IMG/VR virus record: IMGVR_UViG_3300033485_000030
Span: 1-46,315 of that record
Direction: 5' to 3' (one strand)
DNA: 46,315 nucleotides
From: a virus
Taxonomy: Duplodnaviria > Caudoviricetes
Part shown: positions 36,418 through 44,138 of the stretch, in pieces
Position numbering within the stretch: the stretch's first letter is position 1
Layout: the number at the start of each line of letters is the position of its first letter
The notes under the pieces: model-generated
What the model was told of the DNA's origin: nothing
Seen by the model: only the letters and a program-made list of their open reading frames with translations
Databases searched by the model: none
Translations under genes and position numbers: made by a program

Positions 36418-37335
36418 ATGATGAACGATTTTGATGATGTTTATATTTTACCACAATATAGCAATATTGAACGAGGTGACGTAGATTTGTCAGGAAATAT
36501 ATTTAACATTCCATTGAGTGTTCCAGTGCTTTCATCGCCAATGGATACCGTGTCCAAACTTCCAATGCTTAAAGCTCTTATTGAAGAGAAATGTCTCGGT
36601 GTTCATCACCGTTACTGTTCTCTAGCAACATTATTGGAAGCCAGTGAATACGGTGCTATTGCCGTATCTCCTAGCATTCCATTAGATTTTTTAGAAAAAT
36701 ACTCTATGGATTATAATATAGCAGTATTGGATGTGGCGCATGGCCACACTCGAAGGAATTTAGATTATTCCTTCGAACTTGTAAAAATGGGATGGAATGT
36801 TATTAGTGGGAATATAGTAACCAGAGATGCTGCAGAGGACTATTTGAAACTTGGGATTAAGCATCTAAGAGTAGGTATTGGGTCTGGGAGCGTATGCACA
36901 ACTAGACTCGTTACTGGTGTTGGACGTCCACAATATAAGGCAATTCGTGAAATTCATTCTGAGTTTAAAAATGACGCGTTAATTATTTCCGATGGGGGTC
37001 ATAGAAATACTGGGGATATAGCAAAAGCCTTTGCTTTGGGTGCTTCCTATGTTATGCTAGGAAGAATGCTAGCAAGCACTAGGGAGGCTGAAAATGACGG
37101 TATTTATAGTGGTATGGCAAGTTCTGCAGCCTTACGGCGAAATCGAAAAACGGAATTCTTTGTCGAGGGGAAATCTGAAATAATTTATGTAAATCAAACT
37201 GTTCATGAGGTAATAACTGAAATTAAAGCGGCGCTGGAAACAACCTGTTATTATTCTGGTGTAAAGACATTAAAGGGTTTGGCAGGAAATTTCGAACTTT
37301 GTAGCGATCCTTTGAAAAATATACCTTGGAGTTAA
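36418..37335 (+). CDS. IMP dehydrogenase / GMP reductase family protein without CBS domains
   Basis: SSPMDTV, DVAHGH, GNIVT, VGIGSGSVCTTR (catalytic Cys), SDGG, GDIAKA, YSGMAS. Confidence 0.9.
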   Translation: MMNDFDDVYILPQYSNIERGDVDLSGNIFNIPLSVPVLSSPMDTVSKLPMLKALIEEKCLGVHHRYCSLATLLEASEYGAIAVSPSIPLDFLEKYSMDYNIAVLDVAHGHTRRNLDYSFELVKMGWNVISGNIVTRDAAEDYLKLGIKHLRVGIGSGSVCTTRLVTGVGRPQYKAIREIHSEFKNDALIISDGGHRNTGDIAKAFALGASYVMLGRMLASTREAENDGIYSGMASSAALRRNRKTEFFVEGKSEIIYVNQTVHEVITEIKAALETTCYYSGVKTLKGLAGNFELCSDPLKNIPWS

Positions 37336-37373
37336 TTTGGCAAAAATACCCCGAGGGTCAATTTCGTAAAACC

Positions 37374-37398
37374 TCGCGGAAAAAACACGTGTTATAGT
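37374..37398 (+). promoter_or_regulatory. TCGYR-N14-TATART promoter, copy 3
   Basis: TCGCG-GAAAAAACACGTGT-TATAGT. Confidence 0.55.
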
Positions 37399-37431
37399 AG
37401 AGAATACTGTTGTGTATTCTCTATTTTTTTT
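37398..37431 (+). terminator. Intrinsic terminator overlapping promoter 3
   Basis: TAGAGAATAC / GTATTCTCTA + T8. Confidence 0.7.
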
Positions 37432-37466
37432 CTAAATTTTTAATACTCTTGAAAGGAGAAAATAAT

Positions 37467-37925
37467 ATGGACGAGAAAGTTATACGATCTCTTATAATCG
37501 ATCCAAAATATAATTATAGTTTGGAAACGATCGGATGGGGATCTGAGGAAGCAATTGCTGAATTTAAAGAATGGATTCACTTTTGGAGAATTAAGAAAGC
37601 TTATTCAGAAGGAAATTATGAAATTAGGACAGGAACTCCTCCAGATGACTATAATTTTTACTACTCGGAGATGTGCTGGGGGTGGTTAAAATCGGGGCGT
37701 CGAGATCGACCTGTCGTGGTAACGTTCGCCGATGGCGAACGTGGATCAGAGGTATTTGACTCATCTAATCATGGCTTGATCATTTGGTACCAAGGATCAA
37801 AGAAGGCGCTGGACGTACTATGGATGCATAAAGCCTCTCAGGCACTCTTGAGTAAACGTATAAGCCCAGGCGAATTCATAAGCATAATAAAAATGATTAT
37901 TGAGGATGAAGAAGATAAGAAATAA
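37467..37925 (+). CDS. Hypothetical protein
   Basis: CTCTTGAAAGGAGAAAA leader before ATG 37467. Confidence 0.75.
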   Translation: MDEKVIRSLIIDPKYNYSLETIGWGSEEAIAEFKEWIHFWRIKKAYSEGNYEIRTGTPPDDYNFYYSEMCWGWLKSGRRDRPVVVTFADGERGSEVFDSSNHGLIIWYQGSKKALDVLWMHKASQALLSKRISPGEFISIIKMIIEDEEDKK

Positions 37926-37935
37926 AGGAGGAAAA

Positions 37936-38265
37936 ATGCCAATTTTTGAGGACTATACCGCATTTGTAGATGGGATAGTTATTGATGTGTTACATTATTT
38001 CGAAACTATAGAGAAAATCACCAGGTTGATCGAGAAAAAACTTGGTGGGCATTTATTTACGAGATTGGATAATAAGATTGTATATTTAGGCTGGGTCAAG
38101 GGAAATACGGAATATAATCAGGCTTTTTCTCTTGAAGAGTTCAACAGGATTATTGATCCATGGGCTCTAGCATACAAATTTATCCGATCTTGTGAGGATT
38201 CTCTCCGCGAGGTCCACCCCGGCGATTCAGGGTGTGGCGAATCCAAAAGGATAGAAACGTCCTGA
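37936..38265 (+). CDS. Hypothetical protein
   Basis: AAAGGAGG RBS before ATG 37936. Confidence 0.7.
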   Translation: MPIFEDYTAFVDGIVIDVLHYFETIEKITRLIEKKLGGHLFTRLDNKIVYLGWVKGNTEYNQAFSLEEFNRIIDPWALAYKFIRSCEDSLREVHPGDSGCGESKRIETS

Positions 38266-38273
38266 GGTGACCT

Positions 38274-38303
38274 GGGCAGTCAACAAGGCTGCCCTTTCTT
38301 TTT
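38274..38303 (+). terminator. Intrinsic terminator
   Basis: GGGCAGTC / GGCTGCCC + TTTCTTTTT. Confidence 0.75.
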
Positions 38304-38320
38304 CTTGAAAGGAGGAAAAA

Positions 38321-38647
38321 ATGGTGGCTAAAGATGGAGAAGATTGGAAAATTGATAAATTTTTCGCCAAGGCGTTATTAGGAGAAAAGGAAGTTATGGA
38401 TGAACATCAGAATATCCTTTTAGAAATGAATGATGAAATCATTTTAAGAAAGATTGAAAATATTTCATTAAATCTTGAACGCTTAATGAATAAAATTGAT
38501 AATTGGAATCATCGATTTCAAAACAGAAATAAAGATGTATATAATAGTTCATTTGTTGAACTATTAGAATATTACGAAGAGGATATGAAAAAATTAGAAT
38601 TAGAATTGAATAAACTAATTTTGGAGTTTAAAAAGGAGAAAAAATGA
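38321..38647 (+). CDS. Hypothetical coiled-coil protein
   Basis: TCTTGAAAGGAGG RBS. Confidence 0.7.
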   Translation: MVAKDGEDWKIDKFFAKALLGEKEVMDEHQNILLEMNDEIILRKIENISLNLERLMNKIDNWNHRFQNRNKDVYNSSFVELLEYYEEDMKKLELELNKLILEFKKEKK

Positions 38648-39393
38648 CGTTAGGAACCATTTTAAAAGCAGTTGTAAGGGGAATAGAAAGGGAGTCTCCT
38701 ACAATCCTAACAGTCCTTGGGGTTAGCGGAGTTGTAACAACTGCTATTTTAGCGGTTAGAGCGACTCCTAGAGCTCTCTTTCTTATAGAGCAAGCAAAGA
38801 AAGAAAATGATCCAAAAAAGGAGTTTACCAAATTAGACACCGTCAAAGCGTCCTGGAAATGCTATATTCCCAGTGCCCTTATGGGTGTGGGAACAGTAGT
38901 TTGCATAATTTCTGCCCATTCGATTAATCTGCGTCGAAATGCGGCGATTGCTGGACTCTACACAGTAAGCGAGGCAGCGCTAAAGGAGTACCAAGAGAAG
39001 GTAGTTGAGATAATTGGCGAAAACAAAGAAAGGAAGATAAGAGAAGAAATTGTACAAGATCGTCTTGACAGAAATCCTCCCAAAGAGATTGTTTTGACTG
39101 GGAAAGGGAGTACTTTATTTTACGATTCTTGGTCAGGACGATATTTTGAGAGTGATATGGAAAAGGTTAAGAAAGCGCAAAACGATCTTAACCATGCTTT
39201 ATTGGGCGGCGATATGTATTTGTCGCTAAACTCGTTCTATGATGAATTGGGCTTAGAGCGAATCGATGGGGGAGAAGAAATTGGATGGACGTTCGATTAT
39301 GGGATGCTGGAGGTGAAATATACCTCCAAGATAACCAATAACGGCGTCCCCTGTATCGTAATAGAGTATTCTATAAAACCGAAACATTTTTAG
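38644..39393 (+). CDS. Conserved phage membrane-associated protein (DUF6353-like), paralogue of 42491-43402
   Basis: SPTILT.LG..G...T...A.RAT, RRNAAIAGLY, SLNSFYDELGL..GW pattern shared with the paralogue. Confidence 0.7.
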   Translation: MTLGTILKAVVRGIERESPTILTVLGVSGVVTTAILAVRATPRALFLIEQAKKENDPKKEFTKLDTVKASWKCYIPSALMGVGTVVCIISAHSINLRRNAAIAGLYTVSEAALKEYQEKVVEIIGENKERKIREEIVQDRLDRNPPKEIVLTGKGSTLFYDSWSGRYFESDMEKVKKAQNDLNHALLGGDMYLSLNSFYDELGLERIDGGEEIGWTFDYGMLEVKYTSKITNNGVPCIVIEYSIKPKHF

Positions 39394-39402
39394 GAGGAGA
39401 AA

Positions 39403-39558
39403 ATGGGCGATCTTATTTTCAGGAGAGACATAACCGACAGAAGCTTTTTTGAAAAGGTCGAATGCTGTCTCGTTTTTATTGCAGCTGTCATATTCTCTAT
39501 AGGAGTTCTGGCAGCTTTAGTAGCTTTAGGAATTTGGGCTTGGAAATTCATTTCCTAA
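39403..39558 (+). CDS. 51-aa membrane protein (not in ORF track)
   Basis: AGGAGG RBS; MGDLIFRRD...VFIAAVIFSIGVLAALVALGIWAWKFIS. Confidence 0.65.
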   Translation: MGDLIFRRDITDRSFFEKVECCLVFIAAVIFSIGVLAALVALGIWAWKFIS

Positions 39559-39560
39559 GC

Positions 39561-39585
39561 TCGCAGTTTTTACATGGGTTATAAT
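39561..39585 (+). promoter_or_regulatory. TCGYR-N14-TATAAT promoter, copy 4
   Basis: TCGCA-GTTTTTACATGGGT-TATAAT. Confidence 0.75.
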
Positions 39586-39617
39586 GAGAAGTAAAATTCA
39601 AAAAAGGAGAAAAAACA

Positions 39618-39809
39618 ATGAACGAAGAAGTAGTAGGTTTGCTTAACCTGAGTCCCAAAACCCTCAAAGTGTTGAAGGTCAGTTTCGTGGTTGTTGGTAT
39701 CGCCGCTGGCGCAATTGTAGCCGGTGTGATACTGTACAAAACCGGAATGCTTGGCAGCACGGACGAGTTGGTTGAGGAGCTGGTTGAAACAGCCACCTCA
39801 TCGTCATAA
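39618..39809 (+). CDS. Small single-TM protein
   Basis: AAAGGAG RBS; one hydrophobic helix and an acidic tail. Confidence 0.7.
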   Translation: MNEEVVGLLNLSPKTLKVLKVSFVVVGIAAGAIVAGVILYKTGMLGSTDELVEELVETATSSS

Positions 39810-39829
39810 ATATCCGAATTACTTCAATC

Positions 39830-39867
39830 GAAAGATTCGCACGAAAAAAATCGTCGGATCTTTCTTT
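39830..39867 (+). terminator. Probable terminator hairpin
   Basis: AAAGATTCG-C-ACGA / TCGT-CGGATCTTT followed by a T-rich tract. Confidence 0.55.
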
Positions 39868-39897
39868 ATCTTTTTATTTTATCCTAAAGGAGAAAAT

Positions 39898-40236
39898 ATG
39901 GAATTAGATGATGCCTTAGATCTTGGAGCCAAAGCATTGATAAAAATTCGACCTGGTACTTATGATGCACGTACTAGGGAGGATTATCGAAAGCGTTACG
40001 ATGATATTAATAATGCCATCGCAATGCTTAGAGATCTTAAAAAAGGTACTAATAACCTAGAAATTGAAAAGTTAGTAGATAGTTTGGATCTTGCAGTAAA
40101 AGCATTGATGAAGGTCCGACCAGGCACTTATGATGCTGGTACTCGGGACGATTATAGAAAACGTTACGATGACATTAATGATGCCATTGCGACGATTAAA
40201 AGCTTCAAGAAAGGGCTATTAGATGGAAAAACTTAA
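39898..40236 (+). CDS. Hypothetical protein made of two tandem ~55-aa repeats
   Basis: D.LDL..KAL.K.RPGTYDA.TR.DYRKRYDDIN.AIA twice; RBS before ATG 39898. Confidence 0.8.
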   Translation: MELDDALDLGAKALIKIRPGTYDARTREDYRKRYDDINNAIAMLRDLKKGTNNLEIEKLVDSLDLAVKALMKVRPGTYDAGTRDDYRKRYDDINDAIATIKSFKKGLLDGKT

Positions 40237-40363
40237 AGAAACCATAAAAAAGGTTGTTAACGCGCCGGCTCCTGTTGGAAAGACAGTGTTGGTTGCGGGT
40301 ACTATCTTATGCGTGTCATTTCTCCTGACACATAAGATGAAAGTCATCCTTGTATTTGGATGA
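40223..40363 (+). CDS. 46-aa hydrophobic protein (not in ORF track)
   Basis: MEKLKETIKKVVNAPAPVGKTVLVAGTILCVSFLL...; fills the gap up to promoter 5. Confidence 0.5.
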   Translation: MEKLKETIKKVVNAPAPVGKTVLVAGTILCVSFLLTHKMKVILVFG

Positions 40364-40364
40364 T

Positions 40365-40389
40365 TCGTAGTTTTTACATGGGTTATAAT
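40365..40389 (+). promoter_or_regulatory. TCGYR-N14-TATAAT promoter, copy 5
   Basis: TCGTA-GTTTTTACATGGGT-TATAAT; spacer identical to copy 4. Confidence 0.75.
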
Positions 40390-40419
40390 GAAGTAAAAAC
40401 TGAAAAGGAGAAAAAGCAA

Positions 40420-40698
40420 ATGGAGAAAGAAACGAAAGTTAAAATCGTTAAGATTGCCGTAACTTTGACCGCCAGTGTATGCGCGGCAACAGTTGCCACA
40501 GCAGCTATAAAGGGAATGCTTCCGACGGGTGAGGTGACTCGGTTGAACAAAGTCATCTACGCTGTTGGAACGTTCGTCCTTGCGAGCGCGCTGGCGCAAT
40601 ATGGTGCCGAATACATGGGGGATCTAGTTGATGGTTTCTTGACGGGAGATTTTTCAAAATCTCCACAAGCAGCCGTAAAAGTAATTTACGAGGACTGA
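40420..40698 (+). CDS. Small two-TM protein
   Basis: AAAAGGAG RBS before ATG 40420; two hydrophobic helices. Confidence 0.7.
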   Translation: MEKETKVKIVKIAVTLTASVCAATVATAAIKGMLPTGEVTRLNKVIYAVGTFVLASALAQYGAEYMGDLVDGFLTGDFSKSPQAAVKVIYED

Positions 40699-40706
40699 AA
40701 AGTCCG

Positions 40707-40741
40707 AAGTCAAGCATCGAAAGGTGCTTGATTTTTTTTTT
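40707..40741 (+). terminator. Intrinsic terminator
   Basis: GTCAAGCATC-GAAA-GGTGCTTGAT + long T run. Confidence 0.85.
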
Positions 40742-40774
40742 GACGGGGCCTCTTGAAAGGAGAAAAACGAGTGT

Positions 40775-41188
40775 ATGAATTTTGATCAAGTTATTGCTGC
40801 GGAATCGCTGTTGTTGAAAAAGCCAATATCTATAGTAAATGAATATGTTGGCTTTGTAATGAATACAAAGCCTCAGTCGAGAGTGAGAATTATCAGGGAC
40901 TATCCGTTTGGGTGGCATGCAGAAGTGGCCGCCCTCGACCGTGTTTGGGTTGTGGCGTGTGTAAATAGTTCCATTACGTTGTTAAATGTCAGCGATTCTG
41001 CTGGAATGAAGAAAAATGGATCGTTTGTTAGGGTAGGAGTGAAAGACGCGATTGAGGATGAAGTATATTTCCTAGGAATCGATTTCACTAGGGATCATGT
41101 GTTTTCCCCCTTGACATGCGATTCATTTTTCCTAAAAAACGAACCACCATGCTTTAAGTGGTGTAAAAAAAAGTTCGTGGAGGATTAA
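40775..41188 (+). CDS. Hypothetical protein
   Basis: CTCTTGAAAGGAGAAAAACGA leader. Confidence 0.65.
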   Translation: MNFDQVIAAESLLLKKPISIVNEYVGFVMNTKPQSRVRIIRDYPFGWHAEVAALDRVWVVACVNSSITLLNVSDSAGMKKNGSFVRVGVKDAIEDEVYFLGIDFTRDHVFSPLTCDSFFLKNEPPCFKWCKKKFVED

Positions 41189-41307
41189 TCGATGATTTTT
41201 AAGATACTTGAAGGATTGGGTTGTATAAAATTACTGGCCTGGATTATGTTAGTGCTTATGTGTGTAATTTCATGGTCAGTATTATTGTTAATGGGAAGGG
41301 AACAAAT

Positions 41308-41925
41308 ATGGCAGAAATAGAACTTCCAGAACTTCCAGGAAATAGTAAATCAGGAGAAAAAAAAATTAAACAGGTTACAACGGCAAGGAAGATAGTTAGA
41401 AAAAAAAGCTTTTTAGATACTCTATTTGGGGGAACATTAAAGAGCGTTGGAAGTTATATTCTACTAGAAGTTTTGATTCCCGCAGCCAAAAATACCTTAA
41501 GTGAGATGATCAATAATGCCTCGGATATGCTTCTCTTCGGAGAGCCTAAAGGTCGTCGAAGAGATCGTGATCGTGACTCTCGTGGAAGAGGGACGTATGT
41601 GAGTTATACGTCCTACTATGACAGAGATAGAGAATATAATGATTCCATGCGGAGAGATAGACGTCTTTATGGGAGAGAGCGATTTAACTCAGATGAGATT
41701 GTGCTTCCGACTAAACAGGATGCAGATGATGTAATCCTGAGTATGTATGATATTTTTGATCAATATCAAGCAGTATCTGTTGCAGAGTTCTTAGAGCTTG
41801 TTGGCCTTCCCAACGAGCACACAGATCTTAATTATGGCTGGACAAATTTAAGGGATGTTGCGGTTAGTAGAGTTCCTGATGGCTGGGTGGTCGATTTACC
41901 TATTCCAAGACCTCTTCCTAGATAG
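41308..41925 (+). CDS. Conserved hypothetical phage protein
   Basis: LPGNS start, VLIPAAK, SVAEFLELVG, YGWTNL, LPIPRPL; likely start ATG 41308. Confidence 0.75.
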   Translation: MAEIELPELPGNSKSGEKKIKQVTTARKIVRKKSFLDTLFGGTLKSVGSYILLEVLIPAAKNTLSEMINNASDMLLFGEPKGRRRDRDRDSRGRGTYVSYTSYYDRDREYNDSMRRDRRLYGRERFNSDEIVLPTKQDADDVILSMYDIFDQYQAVSVAEFLELVGLPNEHTDLNYGWTNLRDVAVSRVPDGWVVDLPIPRPLPR

Positions 41926-41930
41926 TTTAA

Positions 41931-42031
41931 AAAAGCCAACAGGATGCACCTTATAAATGCTGGTCATAATAGGACGAGTTAGCCAGATAGAAATTAAATA
42001 AATGCTGGGAATACCAGGACTGTTGGCTTTT
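41931..42031 (+). ncRNA. Candidate structured RNA/regulatory element
   Basis: Perfect 12-bp closing stem AAAAGCCAACAG/CTGTTGGCTTTT enclosing two ATAAATGCTGG repeats. Confidence 0.4.
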
Positions 42032-42051
42032 CTAATTTAAAAAGGAGAAAA

Positions 42052-42246
42052 ATGGATCAACATTATGTTTTTAAACTGAGAATCTATGACTTTGTGTCCG
42101 ATGAAACATCTTTAATTTATGTTGCAGCAATAAATGCTGCAGAAGCTGTTGAAATTGGAAACGAGATAAAACCAAATTGTTGGATCGAACAACTCAAAGA
42201 CATTGATATGAGGATTCATGTAAAGGGGGAATCATGTCAACAATAA
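42052..42246 (+). CDS. Small hypothetical protein
   Basis: AAAGGAG RBS; similar to 42320-42490. Confidence 0.7.
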   Translation: MDQHYVFKLRIYDFVSDETSLIYVAAINAAEAVEIGNEIKPNCWIEQLKDIDMRIHVKGESCQQ

Positions 42247-42323
42247 TTTGGGCAATGTTTATGATTGTAATGATAATCGCTGTACTGGCTTGGGACAATT
42301 GCGGAAAGAGTAGAAAAAAATGA
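42234..42323 (+). CDS. 29-aa single-TM peptide (not in ORF track)
   Basis: AAGGGGG RBS; MSTIIWAMFMIVMIIAVLAWDNCGKSRKK; ATGA coupling to the next gene. Confidence 0.5.
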   Translation: MSTIIWAMFMIVMIIAVLAWDNCGKSRKK

Positions 42324-42490
42324 ATATTCTGCATATGTTCTTGGTCAAAATTTGTCATCGACCTAGTGGAATAAATTACAAACTATATATTCCAGCCAAA
42401 GGTCCAAAAGAAGCAGTAAAAGAAGTAAGAAAAATAGATCCAAATGGATTTATTAAATCTGTTAAAGATATTGATAAAAGGAGAAATTAG
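42320..42490 (+). CDS. 56-aa protein, paralogue of 42052-42246 (not in ORF track)
   Basis: MNILHMFLVKICHRPSGINYKLYIPAKGPKEAVKEVRKIDPNGFIKSVKDIDKRRN. Confidence 0.7.
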   Translation: MNILHMFLVKICHRPSGINYKLYIPAKGPKEAVKEVRKIDPNGFIKSVKDIDKRRN

Positions 42491-43402
42491 ATGTTTAATA
42501 TTAGTGTTTTTAAAACATTGGTAACGAATAATTTAGGTCGTGCCGGTTTAGTTTTAAGCAAGCATAGTCCGGAAATTTTTCTGGGAACCGGGATCGTTAG
42601 CGTGGTAGCAGGAACGATTCTTGCCTGTAGAGCAACTCTTGAGATTGAAAATATTCTTGAGCCCGCTCGCCAGACGATGCATAAAATTGACACAGTTCTA
42701 GAAGCCGATATTCCAGAATATCCAGAAGAAGTCGCGCAAAGGGATAAAGCATTAGTATATGTGAAAACTGCTGTGGAGATTACGAAAGTTTATCTTCCAT
42801 CAGTTGGACTCATCGTGCTCGGTTTTGGACTGATTGTCGGATCTCATAACATTCTTACAAAGCGTAATGCGGCGATTGCCGCGGCTTACAAACTTATCGA
42901 GACAAGTTTTAACAAATATCGCGAGCGCGTCCGCGATGAATATGGTGAAGATACAGATAAAAGGCTCATGCTTTATGAAGCTGACAAAAATGAAGAAGTT
43001 GTAAAAGGCAAAAAGGGTAAAAAAGCTCCGGGGGTAATTAATAGCGCATATCCTTATTCCTTTGTTTGGTGCGAGGAAAATTCAACCCAATTTCAACGAA
43101 GTTATTCTGCGAATCTTTTCTTCTTAAGATCGAACGAAAGATTTGCGAATGATATGTTGAATTCGAGAGGTCACGTTTTCCTCAACGAGATTTTTGATGA
43201 TCTAGGTTTGAAAAGAACTCCAGAGGGTGCAATTGTGGGCTGGGTGAAAGGCTATAACCAGCATAATCCCAGCAATGATAAGTACATTGACTTCGGATTA
43301 AACGATCCGGTCAATGAGGAAAAAGGGGATACTCGAGAAGCGATGATTCAACCATTTTACCTCAACTTTAATGTTGATGGGCCTATTTATGACTGTATTT
43401 GA
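42491..43402 (+). CDS. Conserved phage membrane-associated protein (DUF6353-like)
   Basis: KHSPEI..GTG...ACRAT, KRNAAIAAAY, GHVFLNEIFDDLG, VGW, LNFNVDG. Confidence 0.75.
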   Translation: MFNISVFKTLVTNNLGRAGLVLSKHSPEIFLGTGIVSVVAGTILACRATLEIENILEPARQTMHKIDTVLEADIPEYPEEVAQRDKALVYVKTAVEITKVYLPSVGLIVLGFGLIVGSHNILTKRNAAIAAAYKLIETSFNKYRERVRDEYGEDTDKRLMLYEADKNEEVVKGKKGKKAPGVINSAYPYSFVWCEENSTQFQRSYSANLFFLRSNERFANDMLNSRGHVFLNEIFDDLGLKRTPEGAIVGWVKGYNQHNPSNDKYIDFGLNDPVNEEKGDTREAMIQPFYLNFNVDGPIYDCI

Positions 43403-43517
43403 CTAGAAGCCCTTGTGTGGAACGAACCATTGCTTTTTGAGATGGAAAAAGATCCAGATAACTGGATCTATGATAATGGACGTTATAAAGGAAAATTAGA
43501 AAATGGAGTATGGAGAT

Positions 43518-44138
43518 ATGAATACTAAAAATTTTGGAATTGTTTTTTTAGGGGGTTTAGTAGGAGGAGTACTTGGATATGTTCTTGGCGAACTTGTTGT
43601 TGAAAAAATCCTAGCAAAGGGTGCTGAAAATGTTGAGTTTATTGAAACCTCCATCGAGGAAGGTCTTTCCGATATGCTAAAAGAAATAGGTACTGATGAG
43701 GCGGATCGAAGGCATTTGGATTATACTAAGTTTGCCAAGGCGGATTTGGAGATGCTTGTAAAACCATATACTGCGAGTAATGATGAAACAGAAGAAAAGA
43801 TCAAGATTATCTCTCTTGACGAGTTTACTAAAAGTGGACTCCCAAAAGAGATTATTCTCTATTTCGAGACGGACACTACCTTCTCGACAGAGCAGGAAGC
43901 AATAATAGAAAATCCTGCCGATCTCTTCGGACCAAATATCCATCTGCATTTTGGTGAGTTAAGCGAGGATGACGATATTGTCTATGTGCGGAACGAGAAT
44001 AACGGAGTCGAGTATGAGATTACTCGACTTCGACAGAGTTATTCCGTTGTCGTCATGGGGTTGCCTGAGCAACCTGTAAAACCAAAGCGTAGGAGAAAAA
44101 AGACGAATGATAAAGACGAAGATGAGTCAGAGGAGTGA
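43518..44138 (+). CDS. Hypothetical protein with an N-terminal TM helix
   Basis: GGAG before ATG 43518; FG.LSEDDDIVYVRNE...EYEI. Confidence 0.75.
   Translation: MNTKNFGIVFLGGLVGGVLGYVLGELVVEKILAKGAENVEFIETSIEEGLSDMLKEIGTDEADRRHLDYTKFAKADLEMLVKPYTASNDETEEKIKIISLDEFTKSGLPKEIILYFETDTTFSTEQEAIIENPADLFGPNIHLHFGELSEDDDIVYVRNENNGVEYEITRLRQSYSVVVMGLPEQPVKPKRRRKKTNDKDEDESEE

Noticed and set aside
37722-37743. Perfect 9-bp inverted repeat ACGTTCGCC-GAT-GGCGAACGT
   Set aside because: Inside a CDS, single occurrence, no U-tract; could be chance
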